Numbered from the whole stretch's first letter, positions 49,658-61,747 are shown. The stretch: DNA of 61,747 bases, filler included, from Chiloscyllium plagiosum (GCF_004010195.1; 4 parts of one record of this genome joined end to end with filler, not necessarily neighbours in it), one strand, 5' to 3'. Translations and numbers: made by a program. Notes: generated by a model not told the origin, from the letters alone.

Positions 49658-51399
49658 CCACGCACATTTTGCAACCAATTTGATGTTCCATTTGAGTGAA
49701 ATACACCTGATTATCTTCATTCAATGCAATTTTAATTAATTGATTTATGATTTGGCTTATTTACCCACCAGTGGTCTATTTTTCCTCTGCATTTACTGCA
49801 GCCAATTTTGAAACATTCTGCATCATTTATTGTAAGTCATTAGCAGTGCTTTGGGGATGTTGAAACCTTGTGGTCCAGATTAAATGGCTGCTTTTAGTCT
49901 CTCTTAGCTTTTCTTACTTTTCAGGATTTTAAAAATTTCTCTTTCTCCATGCTTCACTTTGCCTCAGTTGTTTGGGAACAGAGGCAAATTCATTGAGCTC
50001 GAACAATAAAGTCCATTCTATTGTTGTGAACTTAAGTCTTGCAGCAGTAGTGGTCTGAAAACTTATCGAAGGTTATTCCTAATACTGGGTGATGCTTAAT
50101 AGAGACTTAGCATGAAGATATTGATGTTCGTATAGCACCTAAAATTTAGCATTAATTTTAGCATTCTATTATAATCTGTACCTGTTGTGAGGTATTATAG
50201 TGTCTATTAGTTATAATATTGGATAAAAGACTGTTTGGCTTTCGTGGCAATGTTATGCAGGCTAGACTGATAACGGTAAGTCTTGGATTAGTAAAATGTT
50301 TGGATGCAAACTTTTTGTCGTACGTCATTCTGTTCTATACTGCTATGTATTCTATTCTGTTCTGAATTTTCTAATTTAGGAGACTGTCATTTCAATTTAA
50401 TTTCACATTTTTCTTTGCCAGCTGGCTTATACTAGGTTCCCAGGCTGTTGTCCGTATTCTTTTTGAGCTTGTTATTCCTAAGCACATAAGATCATTCTAA
50501 TGTGATTTGCCCTCTAGTTTCTTTCAATGTAGATGTGTCTATATCCTTCTTGACATCTCCTGCTGTTATCCCCAGTGATATCAAGAAAGAGCCATGGTTA
50601 ATAATGCTGTATCATTGCTTTGAACTCCTTTCAGTTTCTTTTTCATTCCCTCTGTATTCTTGCAGTTAATTTCTCTGCGCCTGCTGGACCTTCTTTCTTA
50701 ATTTCTTCAGACTTCATTTCATTCACTGTTTCATAGCTCTAAATAGAAGCGTTCTGTTTATTTCATAAAACTTTGGTCTGTATCAAATTTTACAGTTCTT
50801 GCTTCCAAATATTACAAACAGGAGAACTGTTTCCAAATGGAGTTCAGTTTGCCCTCAGATATTTTTCCTGACTGGAGAGAAGCTCGGTTCATGAAATGGA
50901 GTCTCAACTTTTTGTACTTATGTATTGCCTTTAACATAAAATAGGCCTTTAGGTATTGCCTAAGGTGATAAAGATCTTGGTTCTTTTCGAAGTACTGCCA
51001 CTTAACGTTGCTAGAAGAGGAATGTTACCCTGGAACTTTAAGGAATGGTAATTGAGAAATATGTTGATTGGAAGCATTTAGAGAAGGTTTCTTAAAAGGA
51101 TAGTGGCAGAGAAGCTGAGGGAGGAACTAAAAATTGTTCAAAGCTCTGTCATCAAAGTAAGTGGAGCTTCATGCTCAAGGCAGGGAAGTAAGGTTTTTCA
51201 CAGAATCCCTACTGTGTGGGAGCAGACCATTTGACCCATCGAGTCTGCACTGATCCTCTGAAGAACATTCAACCCAGACCCACCCCGACAGAGGAGGATA
51301 GGCTGATGAAAAGTTGTGGAAACATCAAAAGGTTGAGAATTGAAATTTTAATTTTGCATGTTGGTTGAAGAGTAAGACATGCCTTTGATTTATTATCAT

Positions 51400-52018
51400 T
51401 TCAAGAGTTGTTGAGGATAGAGTGACTTCATCTTGGGTTCCCTTATCCTTAATGACTTATTAAGTGTGAGCAAGGATACAGCACAGAGGCACGTGAGCCC
51501 AGCGTGGAGGCAAGCAAGCCCAGAGAGGAGAAGAGTGAGCCCAGCTTGGAGGCGAGCGAGCACAGGGTGGAGGAGAGCGAGCCCAGCAAGGAGAAGAGCG
51601 AGCCCAATGAGGAGGCGAGCGAACCCAGCGTGGAGGAGAGCGAGCGAGCCCGGCGAGGAGGAGGAGAGCGAGCCAAGTGTGGAGACGAGTGAGGCCAGTT
51701 CCGGGGAGATTGAGCCCAGCACAGCAGAGATGGAACCCTTGTGAGGGGTGTGGACCCATCATGACTAAATACTTAAGAAGGACTGTCATATTGAACTTCT
51801 AACTTTATACTTTTATTTTTCTACTTTTATTTTTCTACTTTATTCGCAATAGGACTTTATAATTGAGCTTTAAACACATTTCTTTATTTTTCTAATTTGT
51901 TGCTAAGATTTTGTACTTAGGTACCTTCATAGCTAAGATGGTAATGGGAGTGACGACATTATACACTTTTTACTGTATTCCTGTACCTGTATTCCTGTAC
52001 ATGGTAATAAAATCTATT
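51400..52018 (+). mobile_element. Non-autonomous retroelement with 21-bp internal VNTR and Rex-like tail
   Basis: Tail CTAAGATGG...GACGACATTATACACTTTTTACTGTA...AATAAAATC resembles the reverse complement of 485-570. Confidence 0.45.
51495..51720. repeat. 21-bp GC-rich minisatellite
   Basis: Unit GAGCCCAGCGTGGAGGAGAGC, about 8-10 degenerate copies. Confidence 0.9.
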
Positions 52019-53009
52019 TTCCCTGAATAAATGTACTGTTATAATGAATACAGTGCGTTCAAACTGCACAAAGCAGCTATTATCAATATACTTGCCTTGA
52101 TGGAAGCTGTGAGTAATGGCCAGAAGGAGAACCTCAGGTGTGCAATGAACTGACAATGTTTCAGTCTAAAACTTCACCGGCAAAGGGTGCCAGTGGCTGG
52201 AGACCTTTCGTAGGTCAAAAGATTTGCAGCAGCAATTAGTATGGACAGAAATAGTGTACAAGGGTATGGGCGAGAAGGTGGGAGATTGGCATGAGCTGGT
52301 CATGCTCGTTTGAAGAGATGGTGCAGGGCCGAATGGCTTCCTTCCGCACTCTAACAATTCTGTGAAATCATTCGAAAGTCCTGAGAAAGTTTACGTTTAA
52401 GACCTACCTGCTCCAGAGATGTGTCTTAACACATCGGAACAGGTTGAATAAAAGTATCTCTTGCAAGAAATTTTGTGCGGTGGAAGGTTAGAAGGTCAGC
52501 AAGCAGACGACATTTGTAAAACTGACAGAGGTGTACCATGCATCAGGATGTATTCACGGTGGAAAATGGCATTAGACAAGCACTCTCACATGTGATATTT
52601 ATTGTCACAAGCTTCAGGACCTGAAGGTCAGTTTGGTGCATTCAGTCTGGTTCTGATCCAGGTAGGATCAATGATAAGCAAATGGATTTTCTGTTGGAAA
52701 TGAAAGACAGCTTTTACAATATTGAAGTCCAGGACTCTGATCTCAGGACAGGTCTTAAACACAAACTTTCTTAACTCCCAAACTTTGAGAGAGAGAAATC
52801 CACTTTAGGCAAAGCCCTTTCGAATGATATGGTGATTAATCTGAGACTGGGTTTTGAAAAGTATTTGGAAAACACTGGAGTATTTTTTATATTTTCTCAT
52901 TTTTTAAATTCACTTTATGTGATGTGAGAATTGCTGGTTGGGCCAGCACTTATTGCTCATCCCTTGTCCTTGAGAAGGTGGTGGTGAGCTGCTCTCTTGA
53001 GTTGCTGGA

Positions 53010-53310
53010 GAGGTGATGGCCTAGTGGTATTATCACCAACTGTTAATGCAGACACCCCATAACGTTCTGGAGAACTGGGTTCAAGTCCCACCACCGCAAC
53101 TGGTGGAATTTGAATTCGCTAAATATCTGGAATTAAGAATCTAATGATGACCATAAATCCATTGTTCACTGATGTCCTTCAGGGGTGGAAACTGCTATCC
53201 TTACTTGGTCTGCCTACATGTGACTCCAGAGCCACAGCAATGTGTTTGACTCTTAACTGCTCACTGGGCAATTAGGGATGGGCAATAAATACTGGTGAAT
53301 AAAAAAAAAT
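53010..53310 (+). mobile_element. tRNA-derived shark SINE (second family), near complete
   Basis: Box A TGGCCTAGTGG, box B GGTTCAAGTCC, LINE-like tail GGGCAATTAGGGATGGGCAATAAAT, terminal A-run. Confidence 0.85.
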
Positions 53311-53904
53311 GCTGATTGAGAGAGCTGGAAGCCAGACCGAGCTAAGAATGTTTGAGAACTTAGAGAAGCTGACTCTGCAGATGATATCATCGAGGAAGAT
53401 AGGATCTTGGTGAATGCAGCAGTGCCATGCCAGGAAGGAAAAGAAGCTGTTGTTGATAATATGTTGCTAAGAAATACAAGTATTTATGGCTGGAAAAGGG
53501 AGGAGCGATATAGCATGTAATAAAATAGTCAACTTTGTTGAGTCCTGAGGAGTGTTGAATGTATGAATGTCGAAATATCTAACGATATCAATGATTTATG
53601 ATATTTTATGAAATTATTTCAGCAAATGAATGAAGTTGCATTGGAGGTATTCAAATGAGGTGTTTTGAGGAAGGAGCACAAAACTAAGAGATGACAAGTC
53701 CTTTGAGGATTTGAGAGGAATGAGAAGCTGAAAACTGGCCATAGCAAAAGAATTCCTTCATTTATAATTTTTTGATTACAATTGCTTTGCAATCAAACAA
53801 CCTCTTCAATGATGTGAACTTACAGTTGATTGTTTCACTGATGAATTGTGAATGTTGATTATAGCTGCAAGCAGATGTAAAATATTTTACGCTATGCAAT
53901 GATA

Positions 53905-54235
53905 AATACAGAGTAGATGGCAAGAAACTCTTCCCTTTGATGTAGGGATCAGTGACCAGTGGGCACAGATTCAAGGGAAGGAGCAAGAGTTTAGAGGGAG
54001 TGAGAGGAAAATGTTTTTCACTTGGAGGGTGGGGGAAGTTGGAACTCACTGCCTGGAAGGGTGGTGGAGGCAGAAACCTTCTTAACATTTAAGAAATATT
54101 TACATATACACTAGCAATACCAAGACATACCAGGCTTTGGGCCAAATGCTGGAAAATGGGATTAAAATAGACGATTGTTTTTGGTGCATGGACACAGTGG
54201 ACCAAAGGGCTTTTTTCAGTGCCGTAGACCTCGAT
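53905..54235 (+). mobile_element. Old CR1 3' end
   Basis: GAAACTCTTCCCTTTG...GGGCACAGATTCAAG...GAGGAAAATGTTTTTCAC...TGGAACTCACTGCCTG...GGACCAAAGGGC. Confidence 0.8.
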
Positions 54236-54239
54236 AATC

Positions 54240-54480
54240 CAGAGCTCTTTTGAAGCACTATATTCTCCAGGTGTCTTGATTTAATATTCTTGACCAGAAT
54301 AGCTAAGCTTAAACAACTTATCCAGTTGTTCATTTAATTCTTATATTATGGAACCTTGCTACGTGCAGATTGATTGGTCCCACTTCCTACTTTTCAAAAG
54401 GCCATTCATTGTGAAGTGCTTTCGGTTGAACTGAGGTTGAGAAAAGCATCATATGGATGTAAATTTTTGCTTTCTTCCTT
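54240..54480 (+). mobile_element. Degenerate DeuSINE 3' part
   Basis: TTCTCCAGGTGTC...CTTGCTACGTGCAGATTG...TTCCTAC...CATTGTGAAGTGCTTT...TGAGGT. Confidence 0.45.
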
Positions 54481-54624
54481 GCAAGCTTGTTTCTGAGTGC
54501 CAAGTAGTTTTCTATTCATGTCTACCCTGATAAATTTACATCTTTAGGTACAGTAGTGTTTTAATATGGGTAACAATTAAGATCTATGTTTTATTTTTGA
54601 TGGCCATCCATCACTGCCACTGCT

Positions 54625-55146
54625 ACGAGCTAGTGAGGGCAGGAATAGGAGGATAGAGCAGATGAATGCATGGCTCAGGAGCTGGTGTATGGGAGAAGGA
54701 TTCACATTTTTGGATCATTGGAATCTCTTTTGGGGTAGAAGTGACCTGTACAAGAAGGACGGATTGCACCTAAATTGGAAGGGGACTAATATACTGACAG
54801 GGAAATTTGCTAGGATTGCTTGGGAGGATTTAAACTAGTAAGGTGGGGGGTGGGATCCAGGGAGATGGTGAGGAAAGAGATCGATCTGAGACAGGTACAG
54901 CTGAGAACAGAAGTGAGTCAAACCGTCAGGGCAGGCAGGGACAAGGTAGGACTAATAAATTAAACTGCATTTATTTCAATGCAAGGGGCCTAACAGGCAA
55001 GGCAGATCAACTCAGGGCATGGTTAGGAACATGGGACTGGGATATCATAGCAATTAGAGAAACATGGCTCAGGGATGGCCAGGACTGGCAGCTTAATATT
55101 CCAGGATACAAATACTACAGGAAGGATAGAAAGGGAGGCAAAAGAG
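54625..55146 (+). mobile_element. Young CR1, ORF1 end and ORF2 endonuclease start
   Basis: RNRRIEQMNAWLRSWC...DGLHLN and LNCIYFNARGLTGKADQLRAWLGTWDWDIIAI.ETWL. Same subfamily as 18950-19480. Confidence 0.93.
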
Positions 55147-55246
55147 NNNNNNNNNNNNNNNNNNNNNNNNNNNNNNNNNNNNNNNNNNNNTTAATTAATT
55201 AANNNNNNNNNNNNNNNNNNNNNNNNNNNNNNNNNNNNNNNNNNNN
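55147..55246. other. Artificial 100-bp gap with linker
   Basis: 44 N + TTAATTAATTAA + 44 N. Confidence 0.97.
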
Positions 55247-55626
55247 TAGATGTGATGTATATGGATTTTAGTAAGGCTTTTGATAAGGTTCCCCATGGTA
55301 GGCTACTGCAAAAAATACGGAGGTATGGCATTGAGGGTGAGTTGGAGGTTTGGATTAGGAATTGGCTGGCTGGAAGAAGACAGAGGGTAGTAGTTGATGG
55401 TAAAGGTTCATCTTGGAGTGCAGTTACTAGTGGTGTTCCGCAAGGATCTGTTTTGGGACCATTGCTCTTTGTCATTTTTATAATTGACCTGGAGGAGGGG
55501 CTAGAAGATTGGGTGAGCAAGTTTGTAGATGATACGAAAGTCAGTGGAGTTGTTGACAGTGAGGAAGGATGTGTCAAGTTACATCGGGATACAGATAAGT
55601 TGCAGAGCTAGGCAGAAAAGTGGCAA
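55247..55626 (+). mobile_element. CR1 RT core fragment
   Basis: [17 protein letters not shown]...[18 protein letters not shown]...FVDDTK, cut abruptly by the minisatellite. Confidence 0.93.
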
Positions 55627-58600
55627 ACACTCCTCTCAGTCTGTTACACAGTGATACTGACTCACTGCACACACCTCCCGGTCTGCTTCACTGTGATACT
55701 GACACATTGCACACTCCTCACAGTCAGCTTCAATGATATTAACCCACTGCACCGTCCTACCAGTCTGCTTCACAGTGATACTGACCCACTGCACACTTTT
55801 CTCAATCTGTTCTGTGATACTGACCGACGGAACACTACTACCAGTTTGATTCACAGTGATACTAACTCACTGCACACTCCTCCCAGTCTGTTTCGCAGTG
55901 ATACTTACCCACTGAACACTCCTCCCAGTCTGTTACAGTGATACGGACTCAATGCACACTCCTCCCGGTCTGTTTCTGTAATACTGACCCACTGAACACT
56001 ACTACCAGTCTGTTAAGTGATACTGACCCTTTGGAACACTCCTCCCAGTCATCTTCACAGTGATACTTACCCTCTGCAGAATCCTCACAGTCTGTTACAG
56101 TGATACTCACCAACTGCACATTCCTCCCAGTCTGCTTCAGTGATACTCACCAACTGCACACTTCTCCCAGTCTGTTACACAGTGATACTGGCCCACTGCA
56201 GAATCCTCCCAGTCTGTTTCACAGTGATACTGACCCACTGCACACCTCCTCCCAGTCAGCTTCAGTGATACCGACTCACTGCACCGTCCTACCAGTCTGC
56301 TTCCCAGTAATACTGACCGACTGCACAATCCTCCCAGTCAGCTTCACAGTGATCCTGATTCACTGCACACTCCTCCCAGTATTTTTCACTGTGACACTGA
56401 CCCATTGCACACTTCTCGCAGTCTGTTACAGTGATACTGACCCTTTGCACACTCCTTCCAGTCAGCTTCACAGTGATACTTACCCTCTGCAGAATCCTCC
56501 CAGTTTGTTTCACAGTGATACTGGCCAACTGCACACTCCTTCCAGTCTGCTTCAGTGATATTGACTCACTGCACACTCCTCCCAGTCTGTTTCACAGTGA
56601 TGCTGACTCACTGCACTCTCCTCCCAGTCTGTTTCACAGTGATACTGACCCACTGCACACCTCCTCCCAGTCAGCTTCAGTGATACCGACTCACTGCACC
56701 GTCCTACCAGTCTGCTTCACAGTAATACTGACCGACTGCACAATCCTCCCAGTCAGCTTCACAGTGATCCTGATTCACTGCACACTCCTCCCAGTCTTTT
56801 TCACTGTGACACTGACCCATTGCAACTTCCTCCCAGTCAGCTTCAGTGATACTGACCCACTGCACTGTCCTACCAGTCTGCTTCACAGTGATACTGACCC
56901 ACTGCACACTCCTCCCACTCTGTTACAGTGACACTGACTCACTGCACACTCCTCCTAGTCTGTTTCACAGTGATACTGACCAACTGCACACTCCTCCCAG
57001 TCAGCTTCAGTGATACCGACTCACTGCACCGTCCTACCAGTCTGCTTCACAGTAATACTGACCGACTGCACAATCCTCCCAGTCAGCTTCACAGTGATCC
57101 TGACTCACTGCACACTTCTCCCAGTCTTTTTCACTGTGACACTGACCCATTGCACCTTCCTCCCAGTCAGCTTCAGTAATACTGACCCACTGCAGAATCC
57201 TCCCAGTCTGTTACACAGAGATATTGACTCACTGCACCCTCCTCCCAGTCTGTTACACAGTGACACTGACCCACTACACACTCCTCCCAGTCTTTTTCAC
57301 TGTGACACTGACCCATTGCACCTTCCTCCCAGTCAGCTTCAATGATACTGACCCACTGCACCGTCCTACCAGTCTNNNNNNNNNNNNNNNNNNNNNNNNN
57401 NNNNNNNNNNNNNNNNNNNNNNNNNNNNNNNNNNNNNNNNNNNNNNNNNNNNNNNNNNNNNNNNNNNNNNNNNNNNNNNNNNNNNNNNNNNNNNNNNNNN
57501 NNNNNNNNNNNNNNNNNNNNNNNNNNNNNNNNNNNNNNNNNNNNNNNNNNNNNNNNNNNNNNNNNNNNNNNNNNNNNNNNNNNNNNNNNNNNNNNNNNNN
57601 NNNNNNNNNNNNNNNNNNNNNNNNNNNNNNNNNNNNNNNNNNNNNNNNNNNNNNNNNNNNNNNNNNNNNNNNNNNNNNNNNNNNNNNNNNNNNNNNNNNN
57701 NNNNNNNNNNNNNNNNNNNNNNNNNNNNNNNNNNNNNNNNNNNNNNNNNNNNNNNNNNNNNNNNNNNNNNNNNNNNNNNNNNNNNNNNNNNNNNNNNNNN
57801 NNNNNNNNNNNNNNNNNNNNNNNNNNNNNNNNNNNNNNNNNNNNNNNNNNNNNNNNNNNNNNNNNNNNNNNNNNNTGTTACACAGTGACACTGACCCACT
57901 GCACACTCCTCGCAGTGCTGTTTCAAAGTGATACTGACTCACTGCATACTCCTCCCAGTCTTTTTCACAGTGAGACTGACCCACTGCCCACTCCTCCCAG
58001 TCTGTTACACAGTGATACTGGCTCCCTGCTCTGTCCTCCCAGTCTGTTACTTAGTGACACTGACCCACTGCACACTCCTCCCAGTCTGTTACACAGTGAC
58101 ACTGACCCACTGCACACTCATCCCAGTCTGTTTCACAGTGATACTGACCCATTGTACACTCCTCCTAGTCTGTTACACAGTGATACTGACCAACTGCACA
58201 TTCCTCCCACTCTATTACAGTGACACTGAATCACTGCACACTCCTCCCAGTCTGTTTCACAGTGATACTGACTCACTGCACACTCCTCCCAGTCTTTTTC
58301 ACAGTGATACTGATCCACTGCACACTCCTCCCAATCAGTTACACAGTGATACTGGCTCCCTGTTCTCTCCTCCCAGTCTGTTACTTAGTGACACTGAATC
58401 ACTGCACACTCCTCCTAGTCTGTTACACAGTGATACTGGCTCCCTGCTCACTCCTCCCAGTCTGTTACTTAGTGACACTGACCCACTGCCCACTCCTCCC
58501 AGTCTGTTACACAGTGACACTGAACAACTGCACACTCCTCCCAGTCTGTTACACAGTGATACTGACCCACTGCACACTCCTCGCAGTGCTGTTTCACAGT

Positions 58601-60905
58601 GATATTGACCCACTGCATACTGCTCCCAGTCTTTTTCACAGTGATACTGACCCACTGCACACTCCTCCCAATCAGTTACACAGTGACACTGACCCACTGC
58701 ACACTCCTCCCAGTCTGTTACAGTGATACTGACCCACTGCCCACTCCTCCCAGTCTGTTACACAGTGATACTGTTACACAGTGATACTGACCCACTGCAC
58801 ACTCCTCCCAGCCTGTTACACAGTGATACTGGCTCCCTGCTCTCTCCTCCCAGACTATTACTTAGTGACACTGACCCACTGCACACTCCTCCCACTCTGT
58901 TACAGTGACACTGAATCACTGCAGACTCCTCCCAGTCTGTTTCACAGTTATACTGACCCACTACGTACTCCTCCCCGTCTGTTACATAGTGACACTGACC
59001 CACTACACACTCCTACCAGTCTGATACACACTGATACTGACCCATTGCACACTCCACCCAGTCAGCTTCAGTGATACTGACTCACTGCACCGTCCTACCA
59101 GTCTGCTTCACAGTAATACTGACCGACAGCCCAATCCTCCCAGACAGCTTCACAGTGATACTGACCCACTGCTCACTCCCAATCTGTTACAGTGATACAG
59201 ACCCACTGCAGACTCCTCTCAGTCTGTTACACACTGATACTGACCCATTGCACACTCCTCGCAGTGCTGTTTCACAGTGATACTGACCCACTGCATACTC
59301 CTTCCAGTCTTTTTCACAGTGATACTGATCCACTGCACACTCCTCCCAATCAGTTACACAGTGATACTGATCCACTGCAAACTCCTCCCAGTCTGTTACA
59401 CAGTTACACAGTGATACTGATCCACTGCACACTCCTCCCAATCAGTTACACAGTGACACTGACCCACTGCAAACCCCTCCCAGTCTGTTACACAGTGATA
59501 CTGACCCACTGCCCACTCCTCTCAGTCTGTTACACAGTGATACTGACCCACTGCACCCTCCTCCCAGCCTGTTACACAGTGATACTGGCTCCCTGCTCTC
59601 TCCTCCCAGACTATTACTTAGTGACACTGACCCACTGCACACTCCTCCCACTCTGTTCCAGTGACACTGAATCACTGCAGACTCCTCCCAGTCTGTTTCA
59701 CAGTTATACTGACCCACTGCGTACTCCACCCAGTCTGTTACACAGTGACACTGACCCACTACACACTCCTCCCAGTCTGATACACACTGATACTGACCCA
59801 TTGCACACTCCTCCCAGTCAGCTTTAGTGATACCGACTCACTGCACCGTCCTATCAGTCTGCTTCACAGTAATACTGACCGACAGCACAATCCTCCCAGA
59901 CAGCTTCACAGTGATACTGACTCACTGCACACTCCTCCCAGTCTTTTTCACTGTGACACTGACCCATTGCACACTCCTCTCAGTCTGTTACACAGTGATA
60001 CTGGCTCCCTGCTCTCTCCTCCCAGTCTGTTTCACAGTGATACTGACCCATTGCACACTCCTCCCAGTCTGTTACACAGTGATACTGGCTCCCTGCTCTC
60101 TCCTCTCAGTCTGTTACTTAGTGACACTGACCCACTGCACACTCCTCCCAGTCTGTTACACAGTGATACTGACCCACTGGACACTCCTCCTGGTCTGTGA
60201 CTCAGTGATACTGACCCATTGCACACACCTCAAAGTCTGTTACACAGTGATACTGACCCACAGCACCGTCCTACCAGTCTGTTTCACAGTGATACTGACA
60301 CACTACACGCTCCTCCCAGTCTGTTGCATTGATACTGACCCACTGCACACTCCTCCCAGTCTGTTACACAGTGACACTGTCCCACTACACACTCCTCCCA
60401 GTCTGTTGCAGTGATACTGACCCACTGCACACTCCTCCCAGTCTGATACACAGTGATACTGACCCATTGCACACTCCTCCCAGTCAGCTTCAGTGATACC
60501 GACTCACTGCACCGTCCTACCAGTCTGCTTCACAGTAATACTGACCGACTGCACAATCCTCCCAGTCTGTTTCACATTGATACTGACTCACTGCACACTC
60601 CTCCCAGTTTGTTTCACTGTGACACTGACGCATTGCACCCTCCTCCCAGTCAGCTTCAGTGATACTGACCCACTGCACCGTCCTACCAGTCTGCTACACA
60701 GTGATATGACTCACTGCACACTCCTCCCACTCTGTTACAGTGACACTGAATCACTGCACACTCCTCCCAGTCTGTTACACAGTGATACTGGCTCCTTGCT
60801 CTCTCCTCCCAGTCTGTTACTTAGTGACACTGACCCACTGCACACTCCTCCCAGTCTGTTACACAGTGATACTGACCCATTGTGCACTCCTCACATTATG
60901 TTACA
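55627..60905. repeat. 40/42-bp minisatellite array (contains 500-N gap at 57376-57875)
   Basis: Unit CAGTGATACTGACCCACTGCACACTCCTCCCAGTCTGTTA(CA), more than 100 copies with recurring variant blocks. Confidence 0.97.
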
Positions 60906-60906
60906 C

Positions 60907-60989
60907 TTTTTTTTTATTTCAAAAATATACTTTATTCATAAAATAATTTGATAGTCTGTACAATTGGTCATGCCATACATATGTAAACA
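60907..60989 (-). mobile_element. L1/Tx1-type 3' tail with poly(A)
   Basis: Reverse complement ends ...ATGAATAAAGTATATTTTGAAATAAAAAAAAA. Confidence 0.6.
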
Positions 60990-61084
60990 TGTGCTGGAAA
61001 TGTGTTGCTGGAAAAGCGCAGCAGGTCAGGCAGCATCCAGGGAACAGGAGAATCGACGTTTTGGGCATAAGCCCTTCTTCAGGA
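60990..61084. mobile_element. PLE-terminus fragment with 11-bp TSD
   Basis: Matches 17877-17952. ATATGTAAACA occurs at 60979-60989 and 61085-61095. Confidence 0.88.
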
Positions 61085-61095
61085 ATATGTAAACA

Positions 61096-61747
61096 AGGTG
61101 CTGGGTATTTGGTTCGGAGGGGCTGGGCCGTGCGCCAAGTCTTGGGAGGAGCGTATCAGCAAAGTGAGGCAGTAACTGGGCAGATGGAAGCTGCGGGAAA
61201 AAAACCTGGTCATCAGGTGTGAGGCACTGTCATTGCTATTATATGTGGCACAGGTCTGGCCTATTCCCAGAACCTGTGCCGTTGCAGTCACCCAGGCCAT
61301 CTTCCAGTTTATATGGAGGTCAAAGATGGACCGGGTCCGAAGGGACTCACTGTATAAAGATCTGGGCAACGGGGGAAAAAATACACCCAATGTCACCTTC
61401 ACCCTGATGGCCACCTTTGTGTGTGGCTGCATGAAGCTGTGCGTGGATCCCCGGTACGCAAACACCAAGTGTCACTACGTACTGAGGTTCTACCTGTCCC
61501 CGGTGTTGCGAAGAATGGGCCTGGCCTCGCTGCCGCGGAACGCTCCGAATAGTTGGACCGTTCCGTATCACCTGTCCTTCGTGGAGAAATTTATCAAGAA
61601 AAACACCTTTGACCACAAGGCCATCAGGAAGTGGTCAGCACGTAGTGTCCTTCGGGAAAAGGAGAGGGTGGATCCTGTCGAGCGGTTCCCTGAGCAGACT
61701 GTCAAAACCATTTGGCAGAATGCCTCATCGCCAGAACTCTCCAACAA
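61096..61747 (+). mobile_element. L1/Tx1-type LINE ORF2 (post-RT region), with stop and frameshift
   Basis: Manual translation: VLGIWFGG...SWEERISKVRQ*LGRW, then in another frame KNLVIRCEALSLLLYVAQVWP...AIFQFIWRSKMDRVRRDSLYKDLGNGG. Confidence 0.85.

Noticed and set aside
51396..51789. RS/SR-like or acidic repeat proteins (WRRASP, EESEPS)
   Set aside because: Products of a 21-bp VNTR that is open in several frames on both strands.
55627..60905. CRISPR-like regular repeats
   Set aside because: Units are head-to-tail with no unique spacers, there are no cas genes, and the context is vertebrate.
55636..60951. Many long Cys/His/Thr-rich ORFs on both strands
   Set aside because: They are translations of the 42-bp minisatellite. 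Frames break at 40-bp units and there is no domain signature.

Overview
Vertebrate genomic DNA, almost certainly from a cartilaginous fish (shark), inferred from HE1-type tRNA/V-SINEs with (AATCT)n tails, HER1/CR1 LINEs and Penelope-like elements (PLEs). I found no intact host protein-coding gene. The ORF track is explained by decayed retroelement frames (CR1 SGNH-esterase ORF1 and APE/RT ORF2, PLE RT/GIY-YIG, Rex1/Babar C-terminus, L1/Tx1 ORF2), simple repeats, a ~5.3 kb 40/42-bp minisatellite and N-gaps. Three gaps carry an artificial TTAATTAATTAA linker. The most interesting observations are: (i) minimal hammerhead-ribozyme cores with palindromic stem III in two PLE-terminus families, including small fold-back, TSD-flanked non-autonomous elements; (ii) three local duplications of flanking DNA tied to retroelement ends (a near-identical 640-bp inverted copy 7.4 kb away, a 254-bp inverted flank captured inside a PLE fold-back element, and a 437-bp tandem duplication with uneven divergence); (iii) TE-poor islands with PBX-MEIS/HOX motifs and a candidate 27-nt frame-preserving microexon, suggesting a large intron or regulatory region. 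Repeat family names come from recognition, not a database search. Boundaries of old repeats and all identity figures are by-eye estimates.
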